A DNA stretch of 64,000 nucleotides from a virus: the IMG/VR virus record IMGVR_UViG_3300045988_046889. One strand, given 5' to 3'. The notes beneath the pieces were generated by a model. It was not told the origin of the DNA. It searched no databases and saw only the letters and a list, made by a program, of their open reading frames with translations. Shown in pieces: positions 7,597 to 15,772 of this stretch. Made by a program: the position numbers and the translations under genes. The number at the start of each line of letters is the position of its first letter. Position 1 is the first letter of the stretch.

Positions 7597-7666
7597 TGCT
7601 CCTATAGCTGAATTGGTTAAAGCAACAGTCTCTTAAACTGTGGGTTCAAGTCCCAGTGGGAACACT
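7597..7666 (+). tRNA. degenerate tRNA-like element (anticodon-arm-like ACAGT-CTCTTAA-ACTGT would read CTT/Lys; no valid acceptor stem or variable loop)
   Basis: 5' half resembles a tRNA (GCTCCTATAGCTGAATTGGTTAAAGCA); the T-arm-like hairpin ACTGtGGG-TTCAAGT-CCCAGT abuts the anticodon arm; the 3' end cannot pair with the 5' end. Confidence 0.3.
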
Positions 7667-7669
7667 CAT

Positions 7670-7741
7670 TTCCCTAAAGCATTGGTGGTGATGCTAGAGA
7701 CCTTTAATCTCTGGAACTAGGTTCAACTCCTAGTGGGGAAA
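7670..7741 (+). tRNA. tRNA-Lys(TTT)
   Basis: acceptor TTCCCTA/TGGGGAA, D-stem GCAT/ATGC, anticodon stem AGAGA/TCTCT with loop CCTTTAA (C at position 33 is unusual), T-arm CTAGG-TTCAACT-CCTAG. Confidence 0.55.
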
Positions 7742-7770
7742 CATAATTGTTTAACTCCAAATTTTACAGT

Positions 7771-7878
7771 TATGAGAAGAGTTCTTGATTTTATTAAGAA
7801 AGCTGGTAATGTTTATGTAAGAATCATTGCTAAGAGTCAGATGATGACTCCTACAGGGTCTATTCCAATACCGGAATA
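7771..7878 (+). CDS. possible 35-aa micro-ORF in a gap of the tRNA array
   Basis: ATG...TAA ORF (MRRVLDFIKKAGNVYVRIIAKSQMMTPTGSIPIPE); no other support. Confidence 0.15.
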
Positions 7879-7905
7879 ACCCTTCATTTGGAGGTAAACT
7901 AATTA

Positions 7906-7988
7906 GGGGTAGCTTTAATGTGGTGAATTAAAGCAGACTGTAAATCTGCTGCCATGGGCTATTTAAGGTTCGATTCCTTTCTGCCCCA
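7906..7988 (+). tRNA. tRNA-Tyr(GTA), long variable arm
   Basis: acceptor GGGGTAG/CTGCCCC, anticodon stem GCAGA/TCTGC with loop CTGTAAA, 14-nt variable arm, T-arm TAAGG-TTCGATT-CCTTT. Confidence 0.6.
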
Positions 7989-8055
7989 CTTCAATAGAAA
8001 TCAAAGTCCTTGACTTATGGAAGGTGATGCAGGTAGAGATGCAAATAAGTCATTT

Positions 8056-8130
8056 GGGTACTGGGCAGGTCTGGTGACATTGCGTGAGACTGAAAATCTC
8101 AAGAACAAAGTTTGATTCTTTGAGTACCCA
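8056..8130 (+). tRNA. tRNA-Phe(GAA)
   Basis: acceptor GGGTACT/AGTACCC, anticodon stem TGAGA/TCTCA with loop CTGAAAA, T-arm CAAAG-TTTGATT-CTTTG. Confidence 0.65.
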
Positions 8131-8136
8131 CCTAAT

Positions 8137-8224
8137 GCCCCTTTGGTGGAACAGGTAGACACAATAGCCTTAGAAGCTATGCTGAAGTAATAGTAAGGTA
8201 AGAGTTCGAGTCTCTTAGGGGGTA
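8137..8224 (+). tRNA. tRNA-Leu(TAG), long variable arm
   Basis: acceptor GCCCCTT/AGGGGGT, anticodon stem ATAGC/GCTAT with loop CTTAGAA, 19-nt variable arm, T-arm AAGAG-TTCGAGT-CTCTT. Confidence 0.6.
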
Positions 8225-8280
8225 CTAAAAATAATTTGAAAATAATTAAGTAAATGCTTGGTTATATCATAAGTTTTACT

Positions 8281-8288
8281 TAACTTTG
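8281..8288 (+). promoter_or_regulatory. Bacteroidota-type -7 promoter element (TAacTTTG)
   Basis: taactttgca 21 nt upstream of the ATG at 8309. Confidence 0.4.
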
Positions 8289-8308
8289 CATTATTAAAAT
8301 AAGAGAAT

Positions 8309-8755
8309 ATGTTTGAGGAAGAGAGTTTATTTACTCCAATAGAATCAGATAGGGATATGTTATCCGGTTCTTCACAACTATTCATAGATTTCTTGAATCA
8401 GATTGAAGGTTGGAAGACTAAATGTAAGAATCTACATTGGGCAGCTCCTAAAAAGAATATACATGTATATCTTGATGAGTTCCTTGAAATCCTATCAGAC
8501 TACCAAGATAGTCTTGCAGAAGGTTACATGGGCATACTAGGTAAGATGCAGCCTAATGCTATCAAAGGCACTTCAAGTGATGCATTGAATGCTTACACAT
8601 TTATAGCAGAGGTTAAATCTGCCACCTTAGCATTTTATGCTAAGATACCACAGGATGTTATCTATAAGGGTATTACTTCAGAATGTGAGACTTTCATTCA
8701 GAACATCAACAAGTATGATTACTTGTTCCACTTATGTGATATAAGACCATATTAA
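8309..8755 (+). CDS. hypothetical protein embedded in the tRNA array
   Basis: 148-aa ORF with ATG start and its own -7 promoter motif. Confidence 0.5.
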   Translation: MFEEESLFTPIESDRDMLSGSSQLFIDFLNQIEGWKTKCKNLHWAAPKKNIHVYLDEFLEILSDYQDSLAEGYMGILGKMQPNAIKGTSSDALNAYTFIAEVKSATLAFYAKIPQDVIYKGITSECETFIQNINKYDYLFHLCDIRPY

Positions 8756-8761
8756 GACACC

Positions 8762-8834
8762 GTCCCCTTAGTGTTAATGGTTAGCAAGCTTGTCTTGTAA
8801 ACAAGAAGAGAAGGTTCAAATCCTTTAGGGGGCT
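8762..8834 (+). tRNA. tRNA-Thr(TGT)
   Basis: acceptor GTCCCCT/AGGGGGC, anticodon stem CTTGT/ACAAG with loop CTTGTAA, T-arm GAAGG-TTCAAAT-CCTTT. Confidence 0.6.
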
Positions 8835-9020
8835 CACAAGTTACTAAAAGCTGTCTTATCTACAGTGAGAGAGTAACACTCAATGCTACTAGATAAACCT
8901 CGGCAGGAGCTGACCTGCGCCACTGAAATTAAAAAGCTCGATGAGGTGTAGGTGATTGAGGGTGCAAGTTAAGGTGATACTTGCAATGCCTAAGTACCAG
9001 TTGCCAAATCTTAGGCTCTT

Positions 9021-9092
9021 GTAGATATGGTGTTAGCGGTAGCATATGACATTGCCAATGTCAAGGGGTCAGTTCAAGTCTGATTATCTACT
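9021..9092 (+). tRNA. tRNA-Gly(GCC)
   Basis: acceptor GTAGATA/TATCTAC, anticodon stem TGACA/TGTCA with loop TTGCCAA, T-arm GTCAG-TTCAAGT-CTGAT. Confidence 0.65.
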
Positions 9093-9096
9093 CAAT

Positions 9097-9167
9097 GTGG
9101 GATTAGTGTAATGGTAACATGTAACCCTTCCAAGGTTAATTTGACAGTTCGAGTCTGTTATCCCACT
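9097..9167 (+). tRNA. tRNA-Gly(TCC)
   Basis: acceptor GTGGGAT/ATCCCAC, anticodon stem TAACC/GGTTA with loop CTTCCAA, T-arm GACAG-TTCGAGT-CTGTT. Confidence 0.65.
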
Positions 9168-9175
9168 CTAACATC

Positions 9176-9243
9176 GCGGAGAGAATTGGTATTCAATCCA
9201 GTCTCATAAGCTGGACTCCAAGTGTTCGATTCACTTCTCCGCA
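9176..9243 (+). tRNA. tRNA-Met(CAT), second copy
   Basis: acceptor GCGGAGA/TCTCCGC (7/7), anticodon stem CCAGT/GCTGG with loop CTCATAA, T-loop TTCGATT; the D-arm is short. Confidence 0.55.
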
Positions 9244-9259
9244 ACTAGTTTAAATTGAT

Positions 9260-9460
9260 ATGGAAAAGAGTAGAATGACAAGGACTAAGATAGAGAAGGG
9301 TCAAGAAGTGCATCAGACTATGCATGCTTTGACTGCTGATAATCTTAGGGGAATTGTGAAGGAAGCCAATTCCTTAGGGATTAAAAGGGAAGATATAGTC
9401 TCTCTCTTAGAGGAAAGAGGTCAGTATGTATTAATATACTATTATGGAGGAGAAGCTTAA
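9260..9460 (+). CDS. hypothetical small protein
   Basis: 66-aa ORF with ATG start, immediately after the tRNA array. Confidence 0.4.
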   Translation: MEKSRMTRTKIEKGQEVHQTMHALTADNLRGIVKEANSLGIKREDIVSLLEERGQYVLIYYYGGEA

Positions 9461-9770
9461 TTTAATAGAGAGAGCATTGATGAGTGAGGAGGAGTTCAAG
9501 AAGTATCTGGGAAACAAGGCAGATATAGTAGAGGACCCACTTACAGAAACTCTTAATTTAAGAGATTATAGAGCTGTTGGTAAGTTTAAATCAATTAGGA
9601 GAGCCATAAGAAGAGGGTTAGTATCTCCTTCAGGCACTATATGTCCTAAGAGACCTTTCAATAACAGAGCTAATACTAACAGAAGGAAAGGGCACCACAG
9701 CAGAGTAATGAATGAAGTAAAGAAGTCAATATATGGACAACTCAAACACAGAAGGGCAGAATACCTATAA
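9444..9770 (+). CDS. hypothetical protein (basic C-terminus)
   Basis: 108-aa ORF with ATG start. Confidence 0.4.
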   Translation: MEEKLNLIERALMSEEEFKKYLGNKADIVEDPLTETLNLRDYRAVGKFKSIRRAIRRGLVSPSGTICPKRPFNNRANTNRRKGHHSRVMNEVKKSIYGQLKHRRAEYL

Positions 9771-9951
9771 TGAGGAACCTGTTCTATATTGCAAGCATTG
9801 TTTATCCTTGAAGGTGAGATTTGTACCTAGGATGAAGGATTCGGATTATTGTGATGAGTGTGGCTCTACTGATATTGGGGAGTGCTCAATAGAAGAGTGG
9901 GAGACTAATTACAGGAACAGGTACGGACATAAATATTTGGAAAACTATTAA
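9733..9951 (+). CDS. small zinc-ribbon protein
   Basis: CKHC...CDEC motif; 72 aa. Confidence 0.35.
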   Translation: MDNSNTEGQNTYNEEPVLYCKHCLSLKVRFVPRMKDSDYCDECGSTDIGECSIEEWETNYRNRYGHKYLENY

Positions 9952-9963
9952 ATATAAAATAAT

Positions 9964-10251
9964 ATGGGAGAAAAGGAAGAACTTAGGCATGAACAGCCAT
10001 CTAAGATGAGTTATGAACAGTTGGAGAATGTGGCTCATCAATTGAGTGAACAAGTTAAGCAGTTGTACATGAGCCTTCAGAAATCTAATCTGGAGAATAC
10101 ATTCCAAAGACTTAACTATTTATTTAAGGTGGTAGAAAATGGCCACGCATTTAAGCCGGATTTCTTGAATAAGTGTACAGAGGAAATTGAAAATATGATG
10201 GCAATTCCTGAGGAGGAACAAGAGAAAGCAACTGACAAAGCTGGAGAGTAA
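9964..10251 (+). CDS. hypothetical acidic protein
   Basis: 95-aa ORF with ATG start. Confidence 0.45.
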   Translation: MGEKEELRHEQPSKMSYEQLENVAHQLSEQVKQLYMSLQKSNLENTFQRLNYLFKVVENGHAFKPDFLNKCTEEIENMMAIPEEEQEKATDKAGE

Positions 10252-10712
10252 TGCCATATAAAGACGCTCTCAAAAATAAGGAGTATAAAAGGCAATGGCA
10301 CATAAGAAATAGAGATAGATTACTTGAAAGAGCAAAGATTTCATATCATAATAATCCTGCTCCAAAGATAGCGCAATCAAGGAAATATAGGGAAAATAAC
10401 CCCTCAAAAGCTAAAGAATACTATAAAGATAATAGATTAAAGAATATAGGACTAGTCTTAAGCAGAAGAGATAAAAATAAAGAGGAGGCTATTCTTTCTA
10501 AAGGTGGAAGATGTGAGATATGTGGATTCAAATATAATGGCAAAAATGCTGTTTGTTTCGATTTTCATCATATTAACCCAAATGAGAAGAGATGTAATCC
10601 TTCTACTGCTCTGAGACTTTCAAAAGAGAGGAGGGATGAGGAACTTTCAAAGTGTCTATTAGTGTGTGCAAATTGTCATAGATTAATACATAATAGCAGG
10701 CATGATAAGTGA
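10251..10712 (+). CDS. HNH endonuclease
   Basis: CEICGF...FDFHHINPNEKR...CANCH = HNH motif; basic N-terminus. Confidence 0.6.
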   Translation: MPYKDALKNKEYKRQWHIRNRDRLLERAKISYHNNPAPKIAQSRKYRENNPSKAKEYYKDNRLKNIGLVLSRRDKNKEEAILSKGGRCEICGFKYNGKNAVCFDFHHINPNEKRCNPSTALRLSKERRDEELSKCLLVCANCHRLIHNSRHDK

Positions 10713-11088
10713 GAGACCTAATAACATAATAAGGATACCAACTTCACTATCAGTGAATTTCTTCAAGTTGTGGCTCATGTTCCTAGAACCTTTTCATAAG
10801 TTAACCAAAAGAGAGATAGATGTTGCTGCATCTTTTGTGAAGCAAAGATATGAACTCAGTAAAGTTATCAAGGACAGTGAAATACTTGATAGGGTTACAA
10901 TGAGTGAGGATACAAAGAAGAAGGTGAGGGAAGAGTGTAATATTACTCTTCCACACTTTCAAGTAATTTTGGGTAAATTAAGGAAGAACAAAGTCATAGT
11001 AGATGGCAAGATAAATCCCAAATTCATTCCTAATATCAATGCAGATAATGATGCCTTTCAGTTGTTATTACTCTTCGAGTTAAAATGA
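10702..11088 (+). CDS. hypothetical protein
   Basis: 128-aa ORF with ATG start, overlaps the upstream gene by 11 nt. Confidence 0.45.
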   Translation: MISERPNNIIRIPTSLSVNFFKLWLMFLEPFHKLTKREIDVAASFVKQRYELSKVIKDSEILDRVTMSEDTKKKVREECNITLPHFQVILGKLRKNKVIVDGKINPKFIPNINADNDAFQLLLLFELK

Positions 11089-11357
11089 TATATTCTGATA
11101 TAATTGGTAAGGTTTCCAGTGAGTTGAACCTACCTGTTAAGCTAGTGGATAGAACATACAGGGCATTTTGGTTATTCATTAACCAGTCCATACAATCCTT
11201 GCCATTAAAGGAAGATATTGATGAGGAGGATTTTGCTAAGTTGAAAACAAACTTTAATATTCCTTCATTAGGTAAGTTGACTTGTACCTATGATAGAATG
11301 TTGGGAGTTAAGAAAAGGTTTAAGATTATAAAACAGTTAAGGGAGAAGAAATGCTAA
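11085..11357 (+). CDS. hypothetical protein
   Basis: 90-aa ORF with ATGA overlap to the upstream gene. Confidence 0.45.
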   Translation: MIYSDIIGKVSSELNLPVKLVDRTYRAFWLFINQSIQSLPLKEDIDEEDFAKLKTNFNIPSLGKLTCTYDRMLGVKKRFKIIKQLREKKC

Positions 11358-11776
11358 AGGTTAAAAAGATAAGGCCAATGTTCACTGCACTTATCACTAC
11401 TATGAACAAGTATGAGCATGATGTAGTGACTGAAGGTGGACTTATTGATACCACAAAACAGCAAGGAGGGTTAAAAGAATACCAGACTGTTCTTGCAGTG
11501 GGAGATTCAGTAAGGAATGTAAAGGTTGGAGATTTGGTTTGCATAAACCCAACAAGATATGCAGTCAAACAGCATAGAGAAGGTACACTAAAAGATGGAA
11601 TTGTAACTGATAATCCAGTTATCAAATACAACTTTGATGTTGTTGAAATGGATGGACAGCAATGTCTACTCCTTCAAGACAGGGATATAGACTTTGTGGT
11701 AGAGGAGTGGGAAGAAGTTCCTGACCCTACTCCATCTCCAATTATCCAACCAGATAAAAAAAGACTAATTGTATAA
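11351..11776 (+). CDS. GroES-like co-chaperonin (gp31-like)
   Basis: IRPMFTALIT ... GGLIDTT...QTVLAVGDSV...VKVGDLV follows the GroES pattern IRPL.DRV.....GGI.L......G.V.AVG.G.....VKVGD.V. Confidence 0.45.
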   Translation: MLKVKKIRPMFTALITTMNKYEHDVVTEGGLIDTTKQQGGLKEYQTVLAVGDSVRNVKVGDLVCINPTRYAVKQHREGTLKDGIVTDNPVIKYNFDVVEMDGQQCLLLQDRDIDFVVEEWEEVPDPTPSPIIQPDKKRLIV

Positions 11777-11781
11777 TACAA

Positions 11782-11821
11782 AAGAGTATCAGGAATATTA
11801 TTCTGATACTCTTTTTTTTTT
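11782..11821 (+). terminator. rho-independent terminator
   Basis: AGAGTATCAG...CTGATACTCT stem followed by T11. Confidence 0.7.
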
Positions 11822-11832
11822 ACCAATACTTT

Positions 11833-12372
11833 ATGATAAAATTATTCAGATACGAAGGATATAAGATAATAATATCTGAGGAAGCTCTTGCCCTAAAGCC
11901 ATTCAAGCAAATTTGGCAAAGGGATAGGACTGTTAACAAGGATAAGGCAATCGCAGAATTGGGGTTTATATATTTTTTCTGTGACCCTAGAAGTGATTAC
12001 CAATATCTTGTTGATGAGGATGAGAGAAAGGAAGCTATTAAAGAAGGAGAGGGTATGCCTCCCAAATGGGAGCCTGATAAAGTAGTAAAGGATGCTATGG
12101 AGTTTTACATGTCCTTTAAGCCAATCTCAGCTTTACTTCTTGAAGACACAAGATTCATGGTTGATAAGTTCAGGGCAAAGCTTAGGAGCATTGATTTTGA
12201 CAGTCTTGAAGTAAAGGAATTTAAGGAGATTACCAGCATTGTAAAGCAGATTACTCCACTTGTCAAGGACTTGGATGAAGCAGAAAAGGCCCTCAATTCA
12301 GAAATAAGAAACTCAGGAAAGATGAGAGGTTCAGGAGAGAAGACAATATTTGAAGATGACTTAGCAATATAA
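11833..12372 (+). CDS. hypothetical protein
   Basis: 179-aa ORF with ATG start. Confidence 0.5.
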   Translation: MIKLFRYEGYKIIISEEALALKPFKQIWQRDRTVNKDKAIAELGFIYFFCDPRSDYQYLVDEDERKEAIKEGEGMPPKWEPDKVVKDAMEFYMSFKPISALLLEDTRFMVDKFRAKLRSIDFDSLEVKEFKEITSIVKQITPLVKDLDEAEKALNSEIRNSGKMRGSGEKTIFEDDLAI

Positions 12373-12374
12373 TT

Positions 12375-12716
12375 ATGTTAGAACACTTTATAGAGGGACT
12401 TAATAATCATATTAAGGGAAGAAGAGAAGTTTTGGGCATTCAGACTACAGGTCATTTGGTTTTGCAAAGAGAGATTATCCCACATAGTACTTTTAAGGTT
12501 TTGAAGACTTATAAGTATACTATTTGGTTTGTCAAAGATTTCAAGACATATGAGGTACTTACACTAAAGCATACAGTAAGGTCTCTTACTGGTCAGGAAG
12601 AGTCTGTGAATAAGGATATGAGTGTTACATTATCTGAAATGTTGTTTAATTGGGTAGGTTCATCATTCTATGATGAAGTCATAAGGGGAGAATATAATGG
12701 AATTTCAGAGGATTAA
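12375..12716 (+). CDS. hypothetical protein
   Basis: 113-aa ORF with ATG start, overlaps the TerL start. Confidence 0.45.
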   Translation: MLEHFIEGLNNHIKGRREVLGIQTTGHLVLQREIIPHSTFKVLKTYKYTIWFVKDFKTYEVLTLKHTVRSLTGQEESVNKDMSVTLSEMLFNWVGSSFYDEVIRGEYNGISED

Positions 12717-14985
12717 AATGAACAAATATCAGACTGAGCTTACTGAGGAATTGGTTAATAGCCTTCCTCAGGAAGTTCAGGACCAATTATTTGATATTAT
12801 AAATAATGTAGAGTTTGTCAAGAGACTGATAAGTCCTACAAGGGAATATGCCAAAGACAGGCCAAGGGATGATAGGGGTAGAATTATTGTAGATTTAGCC
12901 AATCCCCATATACTTGAGAATATGGATTACTTCAGGTCATCTGCCATACATTATGAGAAGTATGGTACATTTACCAACCTTAGACCTAATGCCAATCCTA
13001 ATAGTGAATATGGTAAGTGGATAAGAGAAGAGAGAAGAAGGATTTGGGATGGATATGTAAGGGAATCTGATGGAGAATGGGTTACAGGATATTTGTATTG
13101 GTTCCTTAATTATTCTCCTATGATGCTATCCAAGATTAGGGAGTACAAAGATAAGGATGGTAAAAAGAGGAAATCAAAGAGAGCAGATAGAGTAGAGTCA
13201 TTGCCTGAGTGCTGGGAAGGTATATATTGGAGATTCCATTGCTTAAACCAAGCATCAAATGGTGGCCTTTACAACAACTTTGAAGGAGGTCAGCATATGG
13301 CTGAGCTTGCATCCAGAGGTAAAGGTAAGTCATATAGTCTTGCATCAATTCTCAATCACATATTTGTAGTGGGTGAGAACGAGGAAGCACATGAGAAAGT
13401 AAAGGGTATAGTAACTGCTTATCAGAAGGAGTACCTTACCAAGGATGGTGTACTTAATAAGTTTGTAGATATGGCTAACTTCTGTGCAACTAATACTCAG
13501 TTCCCAAGAAAGAGATTAAAGAACTCTTTACAGGAAATGACTTGGATAATGGGGTATAAGGATGTGGAACTGGACATCGAAAGAGGTACCCAGAATACAG
13601 TCTTAGGTGTATCATCTAAGGATGATGAATCTAAGTTGAGAGGTAAGAGAGCTGCCAAGATTCTTATCGAGGAGTTTGGTACTTTCCCTAGACTTGTAGA
13701 CCTATATAATGTATTGTTACCTTCAGTACAGGATGGTGATATTATCTTTGGACAAATCTATATGTTAGGTACTGCTGGTGATAATGAATCAGACTTTGCT
13801 GGTGCCCAAGAAATCATGTATAATCCAAGGGGTTACAATATGTATGCCTTACCTAATGTGTTTGATAAGTATAATCAGGGTAAGCCTTATTTTGTGTTCT
13901 TCTTCCCCGGTTATGTAAACAGAAAAGGATGCTACAATGAAGATGGGGTATCTGATATTATCAAGGCACTGATTGAGATTCTTATGAACAGATACAGGGT
14001 AAAGTATAATTCTACTGACCCTAATACTATTATCAAGACTATTGCTGAGGTTCCTATTACACCTGCTGAAGCTATTGTGAAGACAGGTGTAAACATGTTC
14101 CCTGTAGCTGATTTGACTGAAAGAATAGGTCAATTGGATTCCAATCCTACAGAATATAATGATGTCTATGTAGGTGATTTGGTATTTGGCAAGAATGGCC
14201 AGGTGGAGTATAAGCCTACTTCTGCACAGCCTATCAGAGATTTCCCACATAAGGATAATAAGATTGAGGGAGCTATCGAAATATTTCAGATGCCTGAGAT
14301 TGATAAGAATACCAACAAGCCTTACAATGACAGGTATATATTAGGTGCTGACCCTTATGATGATGATGAGTCAAATACTATGTCATTAGGTTCCATATTT
14401 GTATTGGATTTGTGGACTGATAGAATAGTAGCTGAGTACACAGGAAGACCTTCTTTTGCAGATGATTACTATGAAATTTGCAGAAAACTGTGCCTCTTCT
14501 ATAATGGTAGACTGAACTACGAGTATAATAAGAAAGGCTTATTTTCTCACTTCTCGACAAGAAATAGCCTTTATCTGCTTACAGATGTGTTGGATTTCTT
14601 GAAGGAGAAGCAGATGATGAAGGATGGGATAGGTAATAAGAGTAAAGGTACTAATGCCTCACCTGCCATAAATGCCTATGCAAGAAGTAGGTTGAGAAGT
14701 TGGTTACTGTCCCCAGTTCCTGTTATTCAGACTATTGATGGAGAAAGTAAGGAAGTAATGGTTCCAAGACTGTTTACTGTAAGAAACAGGGCACTATTAA
14801 AGGAGCTTATCAGCTACAACCCTGAGGGTAACTTTGATAGAATATCAGCTATGGGAATGTTGATGCTCCTCAGAGAAGATAAAATGATAAAGTACCAAGG
14901 TAATGTAGGTAGGGACAAGCAAGAGAATGCTGAAAATAGCTATGATGGGGAAGACCCATTCTTCAAGAGAAATTATCGTCCTTGA
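12697..14985 (+). CDS. terL: terminase large subunit
   Basis: 762 aa; ATPase P-loop-like ELASRGKGKSYSLAS in the N-terminal half, acidic nuclease-type motifs in the C-terminal half (ILGADPYDDDE); size and position next to the portal. Confidence 0.6.
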   Translation: MEFQRIKMNKYQTELTEELVNSLPQEVQDQLFDIINNVEFVKRLISPTREYAKDRPRDDRGRIIVDLANPHILENMDYFRSSAIHYEKYGTFTNLRPNANPNSEYGKWIREERRRIWDGYVRESDGEWVTGYLYWFLNYSPMMLSKIREYKDKDGKKRKSKRADRVESLPECWEGIYWRFHCLNQASNGGLYNNFEGGQHMAELASRGKGKSYSLASILNHIFVVGENEEAHEKVKGIVTAYQKEYLTKDGVLNKFVDMANFCATNTQFPRKRLKNSLQEMTWIMGYKDVELDIERGTQNTVLGVSSKDDESKLRGKRAAKILIEEFGTFPRLVDLYNVLLPSVQDGDIIFGQIYMLGTAGDNESDFAGAQEIMYNPRGYNMYALPNVFDKYNQGKPYFVFFFPGYVNRKGCYNEDGVSDIIKALIEILMNRYRVKYNSTDPNTIIKTIAEVPITPAEAIVKTGVNMFPVADLTERIGQLDSNPTEYNDVYVGDLVFGKNGQVEYKPTSAQPIRDFPHKDNKIEGAIEIFQMPEIDKNTNKPYNDRYILGADPYDDDESNTMSLGSIFVLDLWTDRIVAEYTGRPSFADDYYEICRKLCLFYNGRLNYEYNKKGLFSHFSTRNSLYLLTDVLDFLKEKQMMKDGIGNKSKGTNASPAINAYARSRLRSWLLSPVPVIQTIDGESKEVMVPRLFTVRNRALLKELISYNPEGNFDRISAMGMLMLLREDKMIKYQGNVGRDKQENAENSYDGEDPFFKRNYRP

Positions 14986-15064
14986 CCTTGTCAGTAAATT
15001 TAGTAAAACGGGAATGGACACTTAATAAATTATTTATATACTTGCATGGGATTATATTTTTATT

Positions 15065-15072
15065 TAACTTTG
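15065..15072 (+). promoter_or_regulatory. Bacteroidota-type -7 promoter element (TAacTTTG)
   Basis: ttaactttgcaaag about 22 nt upstream of the ATG at 15095. Confidence 0.4.
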
Positions 15073-15094
15073 CAAAGTAACTAGATTGAAGTAT

Positions 15095-15772
15095 ATGGAA
15101 GAGAAGTACATAGTATACCTACATATAAATAAGACAAATAATAAAGTCTATGTAGGAATAACCCGTTTCACGAAGAATCCTAATAGGAGATGGAGAAATG
15201 GCATAGGATACAAAGAGACTTCTTTGATATATAAGGCTGCTCTGAAATATGGATGGGGCACTTTCAGTCATGTAATACTTTGCAAGACTACAAAAGAAAG
15301 GGCATGTCTATTAGAGCAGTCTCTTATAAAGCTCTACAAGAGTAGAGGACTAAGCTATAATATAGGGTTGGGGGGAGAGGGTGCTGAATCCTTTCCAGAT
15401 GAAACTAAGGAGAAACTTAAACAGTATGCTCCTTGGATTAAGGGTAAACATCATACTGAAAAAGCTAAGAAGAAAATAAGTGAAGCAGGAAGAAGACCTT
15501 GTTCTGAAGAGACTAAAAAGAAAATCAGTAGAGCTAATAAAGGTCATAACAATGGCATGTATGGTAAGCATGTTTCTGACTATGTGAAGAAATTAATATC
15601 TGATAAATTTAGCAAGCCTGTACTTCAATTGGATTTGAATAATAACATTATTGATAGATTTTCCTCTGCTTCAGAGGCAGAAAGGTACTTAAATGGTAGA
15701 GGCAGTCATATAGGCTGTTGCTGTCTTGGCAAGAGGAAAACTGCTTATGGATATAAATGGAAATATGAGTAA
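15095..15772 (+). CDS. GIY-YIG homing endonuclease (free-standing, between terL and portal)
   Basis: KYIVYLHINKTNNKVYVGIT...R...YN = GIY-(10)-YVG motif plus a basic NUMOD-like repeated C-terminus; the track start (15086) is TTG, ATG at 15095. Confidence 0.6.
   Translation: MEEKYIVYLHINKTNNKVYVGITRFTKNPNRRWRNGIGYKETSLIYKAALKYGWGTFSHVILCKTTKERACLLEQSLIKLYKSRGLSYNIGLGGEGAESFPDETKEKLKQYAPWIKGKHHTEKAKKKISEAGRRPCSEETKKKISRANKGHNNGMYGKHVSDYVKKLISDKFSKPVLQLDLNNNIIDRFSSASEAERYLNGRGSHIGCCCLGKRKTAYGYKWKYE

Noticed and set aside
15726-15746. ORF-track start codons reported as M at TTG/GTG (15726, 15086, 43777, 37237, 36320, 36880, 29379, 2026, 2230, 56741, 63970)
   Set aside because: They are translated as Met by the ORF finder but are TTG or GTG in the DNA. 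The nearest in-frame ATG was used instead. At 63970 the frame simply continues past the window edge.
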